Shown: in pieces, positions 14,346 to 29,200 of the stretch
Numbering within the stretch: the first letter of the stretch is position 1
Layout: each line of letters starts with the position of its first letter
DNA from: the human T2T-CHM13v2.0 reference genome, Homo sapiens
DNA length: 64,000 nt
Strand: one strand, 5' to 3'
Assembly: GCF_009914755.1 (NCBI RefSeq)
Contig: NC_060927.1
Notes under the pieces: model-generated
Databases searched by the model: none
Seen by the model: only the letters and a program-made list of their open reading frames with translations
What the model was told of the DNA's origin: nothing
Program-made: the position numbers and the translations under genes

Positions 14346-16537
14346 ACATCCAAAAATCCAAATATTCACCTGCAGATTCTACAAAAAGAGTGTTTCAAAA
14401 CTGCTCTATCAAAAGAAAGTTTAAACTCAGTGAGTTGAATGCACACATCACAAAGTAGTTTCTGAGAATCATTCTGTCTAGTTTTTCTGTGAAGATATTT
14501 CCTTTTCTACCATAGGCCTCAAACCCTCTAAATATCCAATTGGAAATTCTCCAAAAAGAGTTTATGAAAACGGCTCTATCGAAAGGTAGCTTCAGCTCTG
14601 TGAGTTGAATGCGCACATCAGAATATAGTTTCTGGAAATCATTCTGTCTAGTTTTTCTATGAATATAATTCCTTTTCAACCACAGGCCTCAAACGGCGTT
14701 AAATATCCACTTGGAAATTCTACAAAAAGAGAGTTTCAAAACTGCTCTATAGAAAAGAAGGTTCAACTCTATGAGTTGAAAGCACACATTGCAAAGAAGT
14801 TTCTGATAATTCTTCTGTCTAGTTTTATATGAAGAAATCACGTTTCAAACGAAGGCCACAAACAGGTCCAAATATCCACTTGCAGAAACTTCAAAAACAG
14901 TGTTTCAAAACTGCTCTAACAAGAGGAATGTTCAACTCTGTAAGTTGAATGCAAATATCACAAAGTCGTTTCTGACAATGCTTCTGTCTAGGTTTTATGT
15001 GAAGATATTTCCTTTTCTACCGTAGGCCTCAAAGCGCTCTAAATATACCCTTGCAAATTCCACAAGAAGAGTGTTTCAAAACTGCTCTGTCGAAAGAAAG
15101 GTTAAACTCTGTAAGCTGAATGTACATATCACAAAGTAGTTTCTGAGAATGATTCTGTCTAGGTTTTCTTTGAAGATATTTCCTTTTCTGCCACAGGCGT
15201 CAAATCGCTCTAAATATCCTCTTGGAAATTCTACAAAAATAGTATTTCAAAACTGTTCTATTGAAAGGAAGCTTCAACTTTGTGAGTTGAATGCACACAT
15301 CACAAAGAAGTTCCTGAGAATTCTTCTGTCAAGTTTTATATGAAGAAATCCCGTTTCCAGCGAGGACCTCACAAAAGTCCAAATATACATTGCAGATTCT
15401 ACAAAAGATTGTTTCAAAACTACTCAATCAAAAGAAAGGTTAAACTCTGTGAGTTGAACACACACATCACAAAGTAGTTTCTGAGAATCATTCTGTCTAG
15501 TTTTTGTATGAACATACTGCCTTTTCTACCATAGGCGTCAAACAGCGCTAAATATCCACTTGGAAATTCTACAAAAAGAGAGTTTCAAAACTGCTCTTTC
15601 GAAAGGTAGGTTCAACTCTGTGAGTTGAAAGCACACATCACAAAGAAGTTTCTGAGAATTCTTTTATCTAGTTTTATATGAAGAAATCACGTTTCAAATG
15701 AAGGCCACAAAGAGGTCCAAATATCCAATTGCAGATTCTACAAAAAGAGTGTTTCAAAACTGTTCTATCAAGAGGAATTGTCAATTCTGTGAGATGAATA
15801 CAAATATCACAAATTAGTTTCTGACAATGCTTCTGTCAAGTTTTTATGGGAAGATATTTCCTTTTCTACCGTAGACCTCAAAGCACTCTAAATATACAGT
15901 TGCAAATTACACACAAAGAGTATTTCAGAGCTGCTCTATCAAAAGATAGGTGAAACTCTGAAAGATGAATGCACACATCACAAAGTAGTTTCTGACAATG
16001 ATTCTGTCTAGGTTTTTTATGCAGATATTTCCTTTTCTACCACAGGCCACAGACCGCACAAAATATTCACTTGGAAATTCTACAAAAAGAGTAATTCAAA
16101 ACTGCTCTATTGAAAGGAAGGTTCAACTCTGTGACTTGAATGCACACATCTCAAAGTAGTTCCCGAGAATTCTTCTGTCAAATTTTATATGAAGAAATCC
16201 CGTTTCCAACGATGGCCTCAAAACAGTCCAAGTATTCACTGGCAAATTCTACAAAAAGAGTGTTTCAAAATTGCTCTATCAAAAGAAAGGTTAAACCCTG
16301 TGTGTTGAATGCACACATCACAAAGTAGATTCTGAGAATCATTCTGTCTAGTTTTTCTATGAAGATATGGTGTTTTCTACCATAAGCCTCAAATGGTGCT
16401 AAACATCCACTGGAAAATTTTACAAAAAGAGAGTTTCAGAAACTGCTCTATTGAAAGGAAGGTTCAACTCTGTGAGTTTAATGCACACATCAAAAAGAAG
16501 TTTCTGAGAATTCTTCTGTCAAATTTATATGAAGAAA

Positions 16538-16554
16538 TCCCGTTTCCAACGAAG
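16538..16554 (-). promoter_or_regulatory. Canonical CENP-B box
   Basis: tcccgtttccaacgaag. Confidence 0.9.
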
Positions 16555-19424
16555 GCCTCAAAAAGTCCCAAATATTCACTTACAGATTCTACAAAAAGAT
16601 GTTTCAAAACTGCTCTATCAAGAGGAATGTTTAATAATTTGAATTGAATGAAAACATCTCAAAGTAGTTTCTGACGTTGCTTCTGTATATTTTTTATGTG
16701 AAGATATTCACTTTTCTACCGTAGGCCTCAAAGCGATCGGAATATAGACTTGCAAATTCCCAAAAAAGAGTGTTTCAAAACTGCTCTATCAAAAGAAAGA
16801 TTAAACACAGTAAACTGAATGCACACATCACAAAGAAGTTTCTGATAATTCTTCTGTCTAGTTTCATACGAAGAAATCACGTTTCAAACGAAGGCCACAG
16901 AGAGGTCCAAATATCCACTTGCATATACTAAAAAAGTGTGTTTGAAAACTGCTCTGTCAAGAGGAATGTTCAACTCTGTCAGTTGAATGCAAATATCCAA
17001 AAGCAGTTTCTGACAATGCTTCTGTCTAGTTTTTATATGAAGATATTTCCTTTTCTACCGTAGGCCTCAAAGCACTCTAAATATACTCTTGCAAATTCCG
17101 CAAAAAGAGTGTTTCAGAACTGCTCTATCAAAAGAAATGTTAAACTCTGTAAACTGAATTCACACATTATAAAGTTGTTTCTGAGAATGTTTCAGTCTAG
17201 TTTTTCGATGAGGATATTTCCTTTTCTACCATAGGAATCAAACCGCTCTAAATATCCACATGGAAATACTTCAAAAAGAGTACTTCAAAACTGCTCTATT
17301 GAAAGGAAGGTACAACTCTGTGAGTTGAATGCACACATCACAAAGAAGTTTCTGAGAATTCTTCTGTCACCTTTTTTATGAAGAAATTCCATTTCCAACG
17401 AAGGCGCCCAAAATTCCAAATATTCACTTTCAGATTCCACAAAAAGAGAGTGTTTCAAAAATGATCTACCAAAAGAGAGGTTAAACTCTGTGAGTTGAAC
17501 GCACACATCACAAAGTAGTTTCTGAGAATAATTCTGTCTAGTTTTCTATGAAGATGTTCCCTTTTCTACCACAGGCCTCAAACCGCTGTAAATATCCACT
17601 TAGAAATTCTAAACAAAGCGAATTTCAAAACTGCTCTATCAAAAGGAAGGTTCAACTCTGTGAGTTGAAAGCACACATCACAAAGAAGCTTCTGAGAATT
17701 CTTCTGTCTAGTTTTATATGAAGAAATCATGTTTCAAACGAAGGCCACTAAGAGGTCCAAACATCCACTTGCAGATTCTTCAAAAAGAGTGTTTCAAAAT
17801 TGCTCTATCAAGAGAAATGTTCAACTCTGTGAGTTGAATGCAAATATCACAATGTAATTTCTGACAATAATTCTATCTAGTTGTTATGTGAAGATATTTC
17901 CTTTTCTACTGCATGCCTCACAGCGCTCAAAATATGCACTAGGAAATTCCACAAAAAGAGGGTTTCAAAGCTGCTCTCTCAAAAGAAAGGTAAAACTCTT
18001 TAAGCTGAATGCACACATCACAAAGGAGTTTCTGAGTACGATTCTGTGTAGTTTTTCTATGAAGATATTTCCTTTTATAACAAAGGTCTCAAACCGCTCT
18101 AAATATTCGTTTGGAAATTCTACAAAAAGAGTATGTCAAAACTGCTTTATCGAAAGAAGATTCAACCCTGTGAGTTGAATGCACACATCACAAAGTAATT
18201 TCTGAGAATTCTTCTGTCACGTTTTATATGAAGAAAAGCCGATTCCAACGAAGGCCCCCCAAAAGTCAAATTTTTCATTGCAGATTCTACAAAAAGAGAG
18301 ATTCAAAACTTCTATATCAAAAGAAAAGTTAAACTTTGTGTCTTGAACACACACATTGGAAGGTACTTTCTGAGAATCATTCTGTCAACTTTTTCTATGA
18401 AGATATTGCCTTTTCTACCATAGGCCTCAAACAGCGCTAAACATTCACTTGGAATTACTACAAAAAGAGAGTTTCAAAACTGCTCTATCAAAAGGAAGGT
18501 TCAACTATGTGAGTTGAAAGCACACATCACAAAGAAGATTCTGAGAAATCTTCTGTCTAGTTTTATATGAAGAAAACACGTTTCAAACTAAGGCCACAAA
18601 TAGGTGCAAATATCCACTCGCAGATTCTATAAAAAGAGTGTTTCAAAACCGCTCAATCAAGAGGAATGTTCAACTCTGTGAGTTGAATGCAAATATCACT
18701 TCGTAGTCTCTGACAATGATTTTGTCTGGTTTTTATGTGAAGATAATTGCCTTTGTACTGCAGGCCTCAAAGCACTCTAAATATACACTTGGAAATTCCA
18801 CAAAAAGAGTGTTTCAAAACTGCTCTATCAAAAAAAAGGTTAAACTCTGTAAGCTGAATGCACCCATCACAAAGTAGTTTCTGAGAATGATTCTGTCTAG
18901 TTTTTCTATGAAGATATTTCCTTTTCTACAACTGGTCTCAAACCGCTCTAAATATCCTCTTGGAAATTCTATAAAAAGAGCATTTCAAAACTGCTCTATC
19001 GAAAGGAAGGTTCAACTCTGTGAGTTCAATGGAGATATCACTAGGAAGTTTCTGAGAGTTCTTCTGTCGGTTTTATATGAAGAAATCCCCTTTCAAAAGC
19101 GGACCTCAAAAAAGTCCAAATATTCACTTGCAGATTCTGCAAAAAGTGTTTTTCAAATCTGATCTATCAACAAATAAGGTTAAACTCTGTGAGTTGAACG
19201 CACACATCTCAAAGTAGTTTCTGAGAATCATTCTGTCTACTTTTTCTATGAAGATATTGCTTTTTCTAACATAGGCCTCAAAGCCCTCTAATTATCCACT
19301 TGAAAATCTACAAAAGAGTATTTCAAAACTGCTCTAACGAAAGAAAGGTTCAACTATGTGAGTTGAATGCACAAATCCCAGAGAAGTTTCTGAGAATTGT
19401 TCTGTCAAGATTTAGATGAAGAAA

Positions 19425-19441
19425 TCCCGTTTCCAACGAAG
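19425..19441 (-). promoter_or_regulatory. Canonical CENP-B box
   Basis: tcccgtttccaacgaag. Confidence 0.9.
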
Positions 19442-22400
19442 GCCTCAAAAAAGACAAAACATTCATTTGCAGATTCTACAAAAAGAGTATTTCAAAACTG
19501 CTCTATCAAAAGACAGGTTAAACTCTGTGCCTTGAACGAACACATCACAAAGTAGTTTCTGAGAATCATTCTGTCTATTTTTTCTATGAAGATATTGCCT
19601 TTTGTCCCATAGGCCTCAAACGGCAATAATTAAACACTTGGAAATTGTACAAAAAGAGATTTTCAAAACTGCTCTATTGAAAGGAAGTTTCAACTCTGTG
19701 AGACGAAAGCACACATCAAAAAGAAGTTTTGGAGAATTCTTCTGTCTGGTTTTATAAGAAGAAATCATGTTTCAAACGAAGTAAACAAACAGATCCAAAT
19801 ATCCACTTACAGATTCTACAAAAAGAGTGTTTCAAAACGGCTCTATCAAGACAGAAGTTCAACGCTGTGAGTTGAATACAATTTTCACAATGTAGTTTCT
19901 TACAATATTTATCTCTAGTTTTGATGTGAAGATATTTCCTTTTCTAGCGTAGGCCTCAAAGCGCTCTAAATATGCACATGCAAATTCCACAAAAGGAATG
20001 TTTAAAAACTGCTCTATCAAAAGAAAGGTTAAATTCTGTAAGCTGAATGCACACAACACAAAGTAGTTTCTGAGAATGATTCTGTGTAGTTTTTCTATGA
20101 AGATATTTCCTTTTCTACCACAGGCCTCAAACCGCTCTAAATATCCAATTGGAAATTCTACAAAAAGAGTATTTCAAAACTGCTCTATCGAAAGGAAGGT
20201 TCAACACCGTGAGTTGAAAGCACACATCACAAAGAAGTTTCTGAGAAATTTTCTGTCTAGTTTTATATGAAGAAATCAAGTTTCAAACGAAGGCCACTAA
20301 GAGGTCCAAATATCCACTTCCAGATTCTACAAAAAGAGTGTTTCAAAACTCCTCTATCACAAGGAATGTTTGACTCTGTGAGTTGAATGCAAATATCACA
20401 AAGTAGTTTCTCACAATGCTTCTGTCTAGTTTTTAGGTGAAGATATTTCCTTTTCCACCACAGGCCTCAAACCGCTCTAAATATCCACTTGGAAATTATG
20501 CAAAAAAAAAAAAAGAGTATTTCAAAACTGCTCTATCGAAAGGAAGTTTCAACTCTGAGAGTTCAATGCACACATCACAAAGAAGTTTCTGAGAATTCTT
20601 TTGTCAAGTTTTATATGAAGCAATCCCGTTTCCAATGGAAGCTTCAAAAAAGCCGAAACATTCACTTGCAGATTCTACAAAAAGAGTGTTTCAAAATTGC
20701 TCTATCAAAAGAAAGTTTGAACTCTGTGTGCTGAACGCACACATCACAAAGTAGTTTCTGAGAATCATTTTGTCAAGTTTTTCTATGAACATACTGCCTT
20801 TTCTACTATATGCCTCAAGTGGCGATAAACATCCACTTGAAAATACTACAAAAAGAGATTTTCACAACTGCTCTATTGAAAGGAAGGTTCAAATCTGCAA
20901 GTGGAATGCACACATCAAAAAGTAGTTTCTGAGAACTCTTCTGTCAAATTTTATATGAAGAAATCCCGTTTCCAAGGAAGGCCTCAAAAAAGTCCAAATA
21001 TTCACTTACAGATTCTACAAAAAGATGCTTCAAAACTGCTCTATCAAGAGGAATGTTCAACAGTTTGAGTTGAATGCAAATATCACAAAGTAGTTTCTGA
21101 CATTGCTTCTATTTTTTTTGTGAAGATATTCCCTTTTGTACCGTAGGCCTCAAAGCGCACTGAATATAGAGTTGCAAATTCCACAAAAAGAGTGTTTCAA
21201 AACTGCTTTATCAAAAGAAAGGTTAAACTCTGTAAGCTGAATGCGCACATCACAAAGTAGTTTCTGACTATTATTCTGTCTGGGTTTTCTATGAAGATAT
21301 TTACTTTTCTACCACAGGCCTCAAACCGCTCTAAATTTCCACTTGGAAATTCTTCAGAAAGAGCCTTTCAAAACTGCTCTATCGAAAGCAATGTTCAACT
21401 CTGTGAGTTGAATGCACACATCACAAAGAAGTTCCTGAGAATTCTTCTATCAAGTTTTATTAGAAGAAATCTCGTTTCCTAAGAAGGCCCCAAAAAATCC
21501 GATTATTCACTTTCAGATTCTACAAAAAGAGTGTTTCAAAACTGCTCTATGAAACGAAAGGTTAAACTCGGTGAGTTGAATGTACACATCAAAAAGTAGT
21601 TTCTGAGAGTCATTCTGTCTAGTTTTTCTATGAAGATATTGCCTTTTCTTCCATAGGCCTCAAACAGCACTAAATATCCTCTTGGAAATACTACAAACAG
21701 AGAGCTTCAAAACTGCTCTTTTGAAAGGAAGGTTCAAATCTGTGAGTTGAAAGCACACATCACAAAGAAGGTTCTGAGAATTCTTCTGTCTAGTTTGATA
21801 TGAAGCAATCACATTTGAAACGAAGGCCACAAAGAGGTCCAAATATCCCCTCACAAATACTACAAAAACAGTGTTTCAAGACTGCTCTATCAAGAGGAAC
21901 GTTCAACTCTGTGAGTTGAATGCAAATATCACGTTGTAGTTTCTGACAATGCTTCTGTCTAATTTTTATGTGAAGATAAATCCTTTTCTACAGTTGGCCT
22001 CAAAGCTCTCTAAATATAAACTTTCAAATTCCACAAAAAGAGTGTTTCAAAACTGTTCTATCAAAAGGAATTTTAAACTCTGTAAGCGGAATGCACAAAT
22101 CACAAAGCACTTTCTGACAGTGATTCTGTCTAGTTTATCTATGAAGATATTCCCTTTTCTACCACAGGCCTCAAACCGCTATAAATATCCACTTGGAAAT
22201 TCTACAAACAGTATCTCAACACTGTTATATCGAAAGGAAGGTTCAACTCTGTGAGTTGAATGCACATATCAAAAAGAAGTTTCTGAGAATTCTTCTGTAA
22301 CCTTTTATATGAAGAAATCCCATTTCCAACGAAGGCCTCCCAGAATTCCAAATATTCACTTCCAGATTCTACAAAAGGCTGTTTCAAAACTGCTCTATCA

Positions 22401-25400
22401 AAAGAAAGGTTAAACTCTTGGAGTTGAATGCACACACCACAAAGTAGTTTCTGAGAATCATTCTGTCTAGTTTTTCAATGAAGATATTGCCTTTTCTACC
22501 ATAGGCCTCAATAGGCAATAAACATCCACTTGGAAATTCTACATAATGGGAGTTTCAAAACTGCTCTATTGAAAGGAAGGTTCAACTCTGTGAGTTGAAA
22601 GCACACTTCACAAGAAGTTTCTGAGAATTCTTCTGTCTAGTTATATTTGAGGAAATCACGTTTCAAACGAAGGACACAAAGAGGTCCAAATATCCACATG
22701 CAGATTCTACAAAAAGAGAGTTTCAAAACTGTTCTATCAAGAGGAATGTTCAACTCTGTGCGTTGAATGCAAATATCACAAATAAGTTTCTGACAATACT
22801 TCCGTCTAGTTTTTATGTGAAGATATTTCCTTTCCTACTGTAGGCCTCAAAACGCTCTAAAGAGACACTTGCAAATTCCACAAAAAGAGGGGTTCAATAC
22901 TGCTCTATCAAAAGAAAGGTTAAACTCTTTAAGCTGAATGCACACATCAATAAGTAGTTTCTGATAATGATTCTGTCTAGTTTATCAGTGAGGGTATTCC
23001 TTTTTCTACCACAGGCCTCATTCCACTCTAAATATCCACCTGGAAATTCAACAAAAAGAGTATTTCAAAACTGCTCTATCGAAAGGAAGGTTCAACTCTG
23101 TATGTGGAATGCACACATCACAAAGAAGTTTCTGAGAATTCTTCTGTCAAGTTTTATATAAAGAAAACCCGTTTCCAATGAAGGCCTCAAAAAATCCAAA
23201 TATTCACTCGCAGATTCTACAAAAAGAGTTTCTCAAACCTGCTCTATCAAAAGAAAGTTTAAACAAGGTGGCTTGAACGCACACACCACAAAGTAGTTTC
23301 TGAGAATCATTTTGTCTAGTTTTTCTATGAAGATATTGCCTTTTCTACCATAGTACTCAAACGGCGCTAAATATCCACTTGGAAATTCTACAAAAAGAGA
23401 GTTTCAAAACTGCTCTATCGAAAGGAAGGTTCAACTCTGTGAGTTGAAAGCACACATCACAAAGAAGTTTCTGACAATTATTCTGTCTTGTTTTGTATTA
23501 GGAATCACTTTTCAAACGAAGGCCACAAATTGGTCCAAATATCCACTTGGAAATTCTACAAAAAGAATATTTCAACACTCTTCTATCAAAAGGAAGGTTG
23601 AACTCTGAGAGTTAAATGCACACATCACAAAGAAGTTTCTGAGAATTCTTCTGTCAAGGTTTATATGAAGAAATCCCGTTTCCAATGAAGGCCTCAAAAA
23701 AGTCCAAATATTTACTTGCAGATTCTACAAAAAGAGTGTTTCATAACTGGTCTATCAAAAGAAAGGTTAAACTCAGTGAGTTGAACCCACACATCACAAA
23801 GTAGTTTCTGAGAATCATTCTGTCTAGTTTTCCTACGAAGATATTGCCTTTTCTACCATAGGCCTCAAACGGCGCTAAATATCCACCTGGAAATTCTACA
23901 AAAACTGAGTTTCAAAAGTGCTCTATTGAAAGGAAGCTTCAACTCTGTGCGTTGAAGGTACACACCACAAAGAAGTTTCTGAGAATTCTTCTGTCTACTT
24001 GTAAATGAAGAAATCACGTTTCAAACGAAGGCCACAAAGAGGTCCAAACATCCACTTGCAGATTCTACAAAAAGAGTGTTTCAAAACTGCTCCATCAAGA
24101 GGAATGTTCAACTCTGTGCGTTGAATGCAAATATCACAAATAAGTTTCTGACAATACTTCTGTCTAGTTTTTATGTGAAGATATTTCCTTTTCTACCCTT
24201 GGCCTCAAATCGCTCTAAATATACACTTTCAAATTCTGCAAAAAGAGTGTTTCAAAACTTCTCTATCAAAAGAAAGGTTAAACTCTGTAAGCTGAATACA
24301 CACATCACAAAGTAGTTTCTGAGAATGACTCTGCCTAGGTTTTCTATGAAGATATTTCCTTTTCTACCATAGGTCTCACACCGCTCTAAATATTCAGTTG
24401 GAAATACTACAAAAAGAGTATTTCAAAACTCCTCTATCGAAAGGGAGGTTCAACTCTGTGAGTTGAATCAACACATCATAAAGTAGGTTCTGAGAATTCT
24501 TCAGTCAACTTTTATGTTACGAAATCCCGTCTCCTACGAAGTCCTCAAAAAAGGCCAAATATTCACTTGCATATACTACAAACAGAGTTCTTAAAAACTA
24601 CTCTATCAAAAGAACGGTTTAACTGTGTGTGTTGAACGCACACATTCCAAAGTAGTTTCTGACAAACATTCTGTCTAGTTTTTCTATGAAGATATTGCCT
24701 TTTCTACCATAGTCCTGAAATGGCACTAAATATCCAATTGGAAATTCTACAAAAAGAGTATTTCGAAACTGCTCTATTGAAAGGAAGGTTCAACTCTGTG
24801 ACTTGAATGCACACATCACAAAAAAGTTTCTGAGAATTCTTCTGTCTACTTTTATATGAAGAGTTAACGTTTCAAAAGAAGGCCAGGAAGAGGATCAAAT
24901 GTCCTCTTGCAGATTCTACAAAAAGAGTGTTTCAAAACTGCTCTATCAAGAGGAAAGTTCAACTCTGTGAGTTGAATGCAAATATCCAAAATAGTTTCTG
25001 ACAAAGCTTCTTTCTAGCTTTTATGTGAAAATATATCATTTTCTATTGTAGGCCACAAAGCTCTCTAAATATAGACTTGCAAATTACACAAAAAGAGTGT
25101 TTCAAACTCCTCTATAAAAACACAGGTTAAACTCGGTAATCTGAATGCACACATCACAAAGTAGTTTCTGAGAATTACTCTGTCTAGTTTTTCACTGAAG
25201 GTATTTACTGTTCTACCATAGGCCTCAAACCATACTTAATATCCGCTTGGAAATTCTACAAAAAGAGTATTTCAAAACTGCTCTATCGAAAGGAAGATTC
25301 AAATCTGTAAGATAAATGCACACATCACAAAGAAGTTTCTGGGAATTCTTCTGTCAAGTTTTATATGAAGAAATCCCCTTTCCTACGAAGGCCTCAAAAA

Positions 25401-26224
25401 AGTCCAAATATTCACTTGCAGATTCTACAAAAAGAGCTTTTCAAAACTGCTCTATCAAAAGAAAGGTGAAACTCTGTGAATTGAATGCACACATCACAAA
25501 GTAGTTTCTAAGAATCATTCTGTCCAGTTTTTCTATGAAGATATCGCCTTTTCAACCATAGGCCTCAAACAGCGCTAAATATCCATTTGGAAATCTTACA
25601 AAAAGAGAGTTTCAAAACTGCTCCATCAAAAGGAAGGTTCAACACTGTGAGTTGAAAGCACACAACAGAAATAACTTTGTGATATTTCTTCTGTCTAATT
25701 TTATATGAAGAAACCACGTTTCAAACGAAGGCCACAAATAGTTCCAATTATCCACTTGCAGATTCTACAAAAAGAGTGTTTCTAAACTGCTCTATAAAGA
25801 GAAATTTTCAACTCTGTGAGTTGATTGCAAATATCGCAAACTAGTTTCTGACAATGCTTCTGTCGAGTTTTTTTGTGAAGATATTTCCTTTTCTACCGTA
25901 GGCCTCAAAGCACTCTAAATATACACTTACAAATTCCACAAAAAAGTGTTTCAAAACTGCTCTATCAAAAGAAATGTTAAATTCTGTAAGCTGAAAGCAC
26001 ACAACACAAACTAGTTTCTCAGGATGATTCTGTCTAGTGTTTCTAAGAAGATATTTCCTTTTATACCACTGGCCTGAAAACCGCCAAAACTATACACTAG
26101 GAAATCCTGCAAAAAGAGTATTTCAACACTGCTCTATTGAAAGGAATGTTCAACACTGTGAATTGAATGCACACATCACACAGAAGTTTCTGGGAATTCC
26201 TCTGTCAAATTTTATATGAAGAAA

Positions 26225-26241
26225 TCCCGTTTCCAACGAAG
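26225..26241 (-). promoter_or_regulatory. Canonical CENP-B box
   Basis: tcccgtttccaacgaag. Confidence 0.9.
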
Positions 26242-26289
26242 GCCTCAAAAAACGCAAACATTCACTTGCAGATTCTAAAAAAAGAGTCT

Positions 26290-29200
26290 TTCAAAACTGC
26301 TCTATCAAGAGGAATGTTCAACACTGTGAGTTGAATGCAAATATCACAAAGTGGTTTCTGACAATGCTTCTGTCTAGTTTTTGTGTGAACATATTTACTT
26401 TTCTACTGTAGGCCTCAAAGTGCTCTAAATATTCATTTGCAAATTCCACAAAAAGTGTGTTTCAAAACTGCTCTATAAAAAGAAATGTTACACTCTATAA
26501 ACTGAATGCACACATCACAAAGGAATTTCTGACAATGCTTCTGTCTAGTTTTTAAGTGAAGATATTTCCTTTTCTACCGTAGCCCTCAAAGTGCTCCAAC
26601 TTTAAACTTGGAAATTCCACAAAAAGAGTGCTTCAAAACTACTCTATCAAAAAGGTTAAGCACTGTACGCTGAATACACACTTCACAAAGTGTTTTCTGA
26701 AAATGATTCTTCCTTGTTTTTTCTGAAGACATTTCCTTTTCCACCAGAGGCCTCAAACCGTACTAAATATCCACTTGAAAATTATACAAAAAGAGTATTT
26801 CAAAACTGCTCTATCAAAAAAAGGAAGGTCCAACTCTGTGAGTTGAACGCACACCTCCTAAATAAGTTTCTGACAATTCTTCTGTCAGGTTTTATATGAA
26901 GAAATCCCCTTTCCAACGAAGGCCTCAAAAAAGACCAAATATTCACTTGCAGATTCTACAACAAGAGTATTTCAAGACTCCTCTATCAAGAGGAATGTTC
27001 AACTCTGTGAGTTGAATGCAAATATCACAAAGTAATTTCAGACAATGCTTCTGTCTAGTTTTTAAGTGAAGATATTTCCTTTTCTACCATAGGCCTCAAA
27101 TCGCTCTAAATACACACTTGCAAATTCCACGAAAAGAGCGTTTCAAAACTGCTCTATCAAAATAAAGGTTAAACACTGTAAGCATAATGCACACATCACA
27201 AAGTAGTTTCTGATAACGATTCTATGTTGTTTTTCTATGAAGATAGTTCCTTTTCTACCATAGGCCTCAAACCGCACTAAATATCCACTTTGAAATTCTA
27301 CAAAAAGAGTCTTTCAAAACTGCCCTATCAAAAGGAGGGTTCAACACTGTGAGTTGAATGCACACCTCCTAAATACGTTTCTGAGAATTCTTCTGTCAAG
27401 TTTTATATGAGGAAATCCCATTTCCAAAGAAGGCCTCAAAAAAGTCCAAATATTCAGTTGCAGATATTACAAAAAAAGTGTTTCAAAACTTCTCTATAAA
27501 AGAAAGGTTAAAGTCTGTGAGTTGAATGCACACATCACAAACTAGTTTCTGAGAATCATTCCGTCAATTTTTTCCATGAAGATATTGCCTCTTCTACCAT
27601 AGGCCTCAAACGGCCCTATATATCCATTTGGAAATTCTACAAAAAGAGAGTTTCTAAACTGCTCTATGGAAAGGAAGGTTCAACTCTGTGAGTTGAAAAC
27701 ACACAACACAAAGAAGTTTCTAAGAGTTCTTCTGTCTAGTTTTATATGAAGAAAGCACGTTTCAAACGAAGGCCACAAAGAGGTCCAAATAATCAATTGC
27801 AGATTCTACAAAAAGAGTATTTCAAAACTGCTCTATCAAGAGGAATGTTCAACACTGTGAGTTGAATGCAAATATCACAAAGTGGTTTCTGACAATGTTT
27901 CTGTCTAGTTTTTGTGTGAACATATTTACTTTTCTACTGTAGGCCTCAAAGTGCTCTAAATATTCATTTGCAAATTCCACAAAAAGTGTGTTTCAAAACT
28001 GCTCTATAAAAAGAAATGTTACACTCTATAAACTGAATGCACACATCACAAAGGAATTTCTGACAATGCTTCTGTCTAGTTTTTAAGTGAAGATATTTCC
28101 TTTTCTACCGTAGTCCTCAAAGTGCTCCAACTTTAAACTTGGAAATCCCACAAAAAGAGTGCTTCAAAACTGCTCTATCAAAACAAAGGTTAAGCACTGT
28201 AAGCTGAATACACGCTTCACAAAGTGTTTTCTGAAAATGATTCTTCCTTGTTTTTTTCTGAAGACATTTCCTTTTCCACCAGAGGCCTCAAACCGCACTG
28301 AATATCCACTTGAAAATTATACAAAAAGAGTATTTCAAAACTGCTCTATCAAAAGGAAGGTCCAACTCTGTGAGTTGAATGCACACCTCCTAAATAAGTT
28401 TCTGACAATTCTTCTGTCAAGTTTTATATGAAGAAATCCCCTTTCCAACGAAGGCATCAAAAAAAGTCCAAATATTCACTTGCAGATTCTACAACAAGAG
28501 TATTTCAAGACTCCTCTATCAAGAGGAATGTTCAACTCTGTGAGTTGAATGCAAATATCACAAAATAGTTTCTGACAATGCTTCTGTCTAGTTTTTAAGT
28601 GAAGATATTTCCTTTCCTATTGTAGGCCTCAAATCGCTCTAAATACACACTTGCAAATTCCACGAAAAGAGTGTTTCAAAACTGCTCTATCAAAAAAAAG
28701 GTTAAACACTGTAAGCATAATGCACACATCACAAAGTAGTTTCTGATAACAATTCTATCTATCTTGTTTTTCTATGAAGATAGTTCCTTTTCTACCATAG
28801 GCCTCAAACCGCACTAAATATCCACTTTGAAATTCTACAAAAAGAGTCTTTCAAAACTGCCCTATCGAAAGGAGGGTTCAACTCTGTGAGTTGAATGCAC
28901 ACCTCCTAAATAAGTTTCTGATAATTCTTCTGTCAAGTTTTATATGAAGAAATCCCGTTTCCAAAGAAGGCCTCAAAAAAGTCCAAATATTCAGTTGCAG
29001 ATATTACAAAAAAAGTGTTTCAAAACTTCTCTATAAAAGAAAGGTTAAACTCTGTGAGTTGAATGCACACATCACAAACTAGTTTCTGAGAATCATTCCG
29101 TCAATTTTTTCCATGAAGATATTGCCTTTTCTACCATAGGCCTCAAACGACCCTATATATCCATTTGGAAATTCTACAAAAAGAGAGTTTCTAAACTGCT

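Noticed and set aside
20503-20514. Long A-run as a possible retrotransposon remnant
   Set aside because: It sits at the monomer's normal A5 run with no TSD; simple slippage. Tiny duplications at ~10385, ~13922, ~51190 and ~58250 are likewise trivial.
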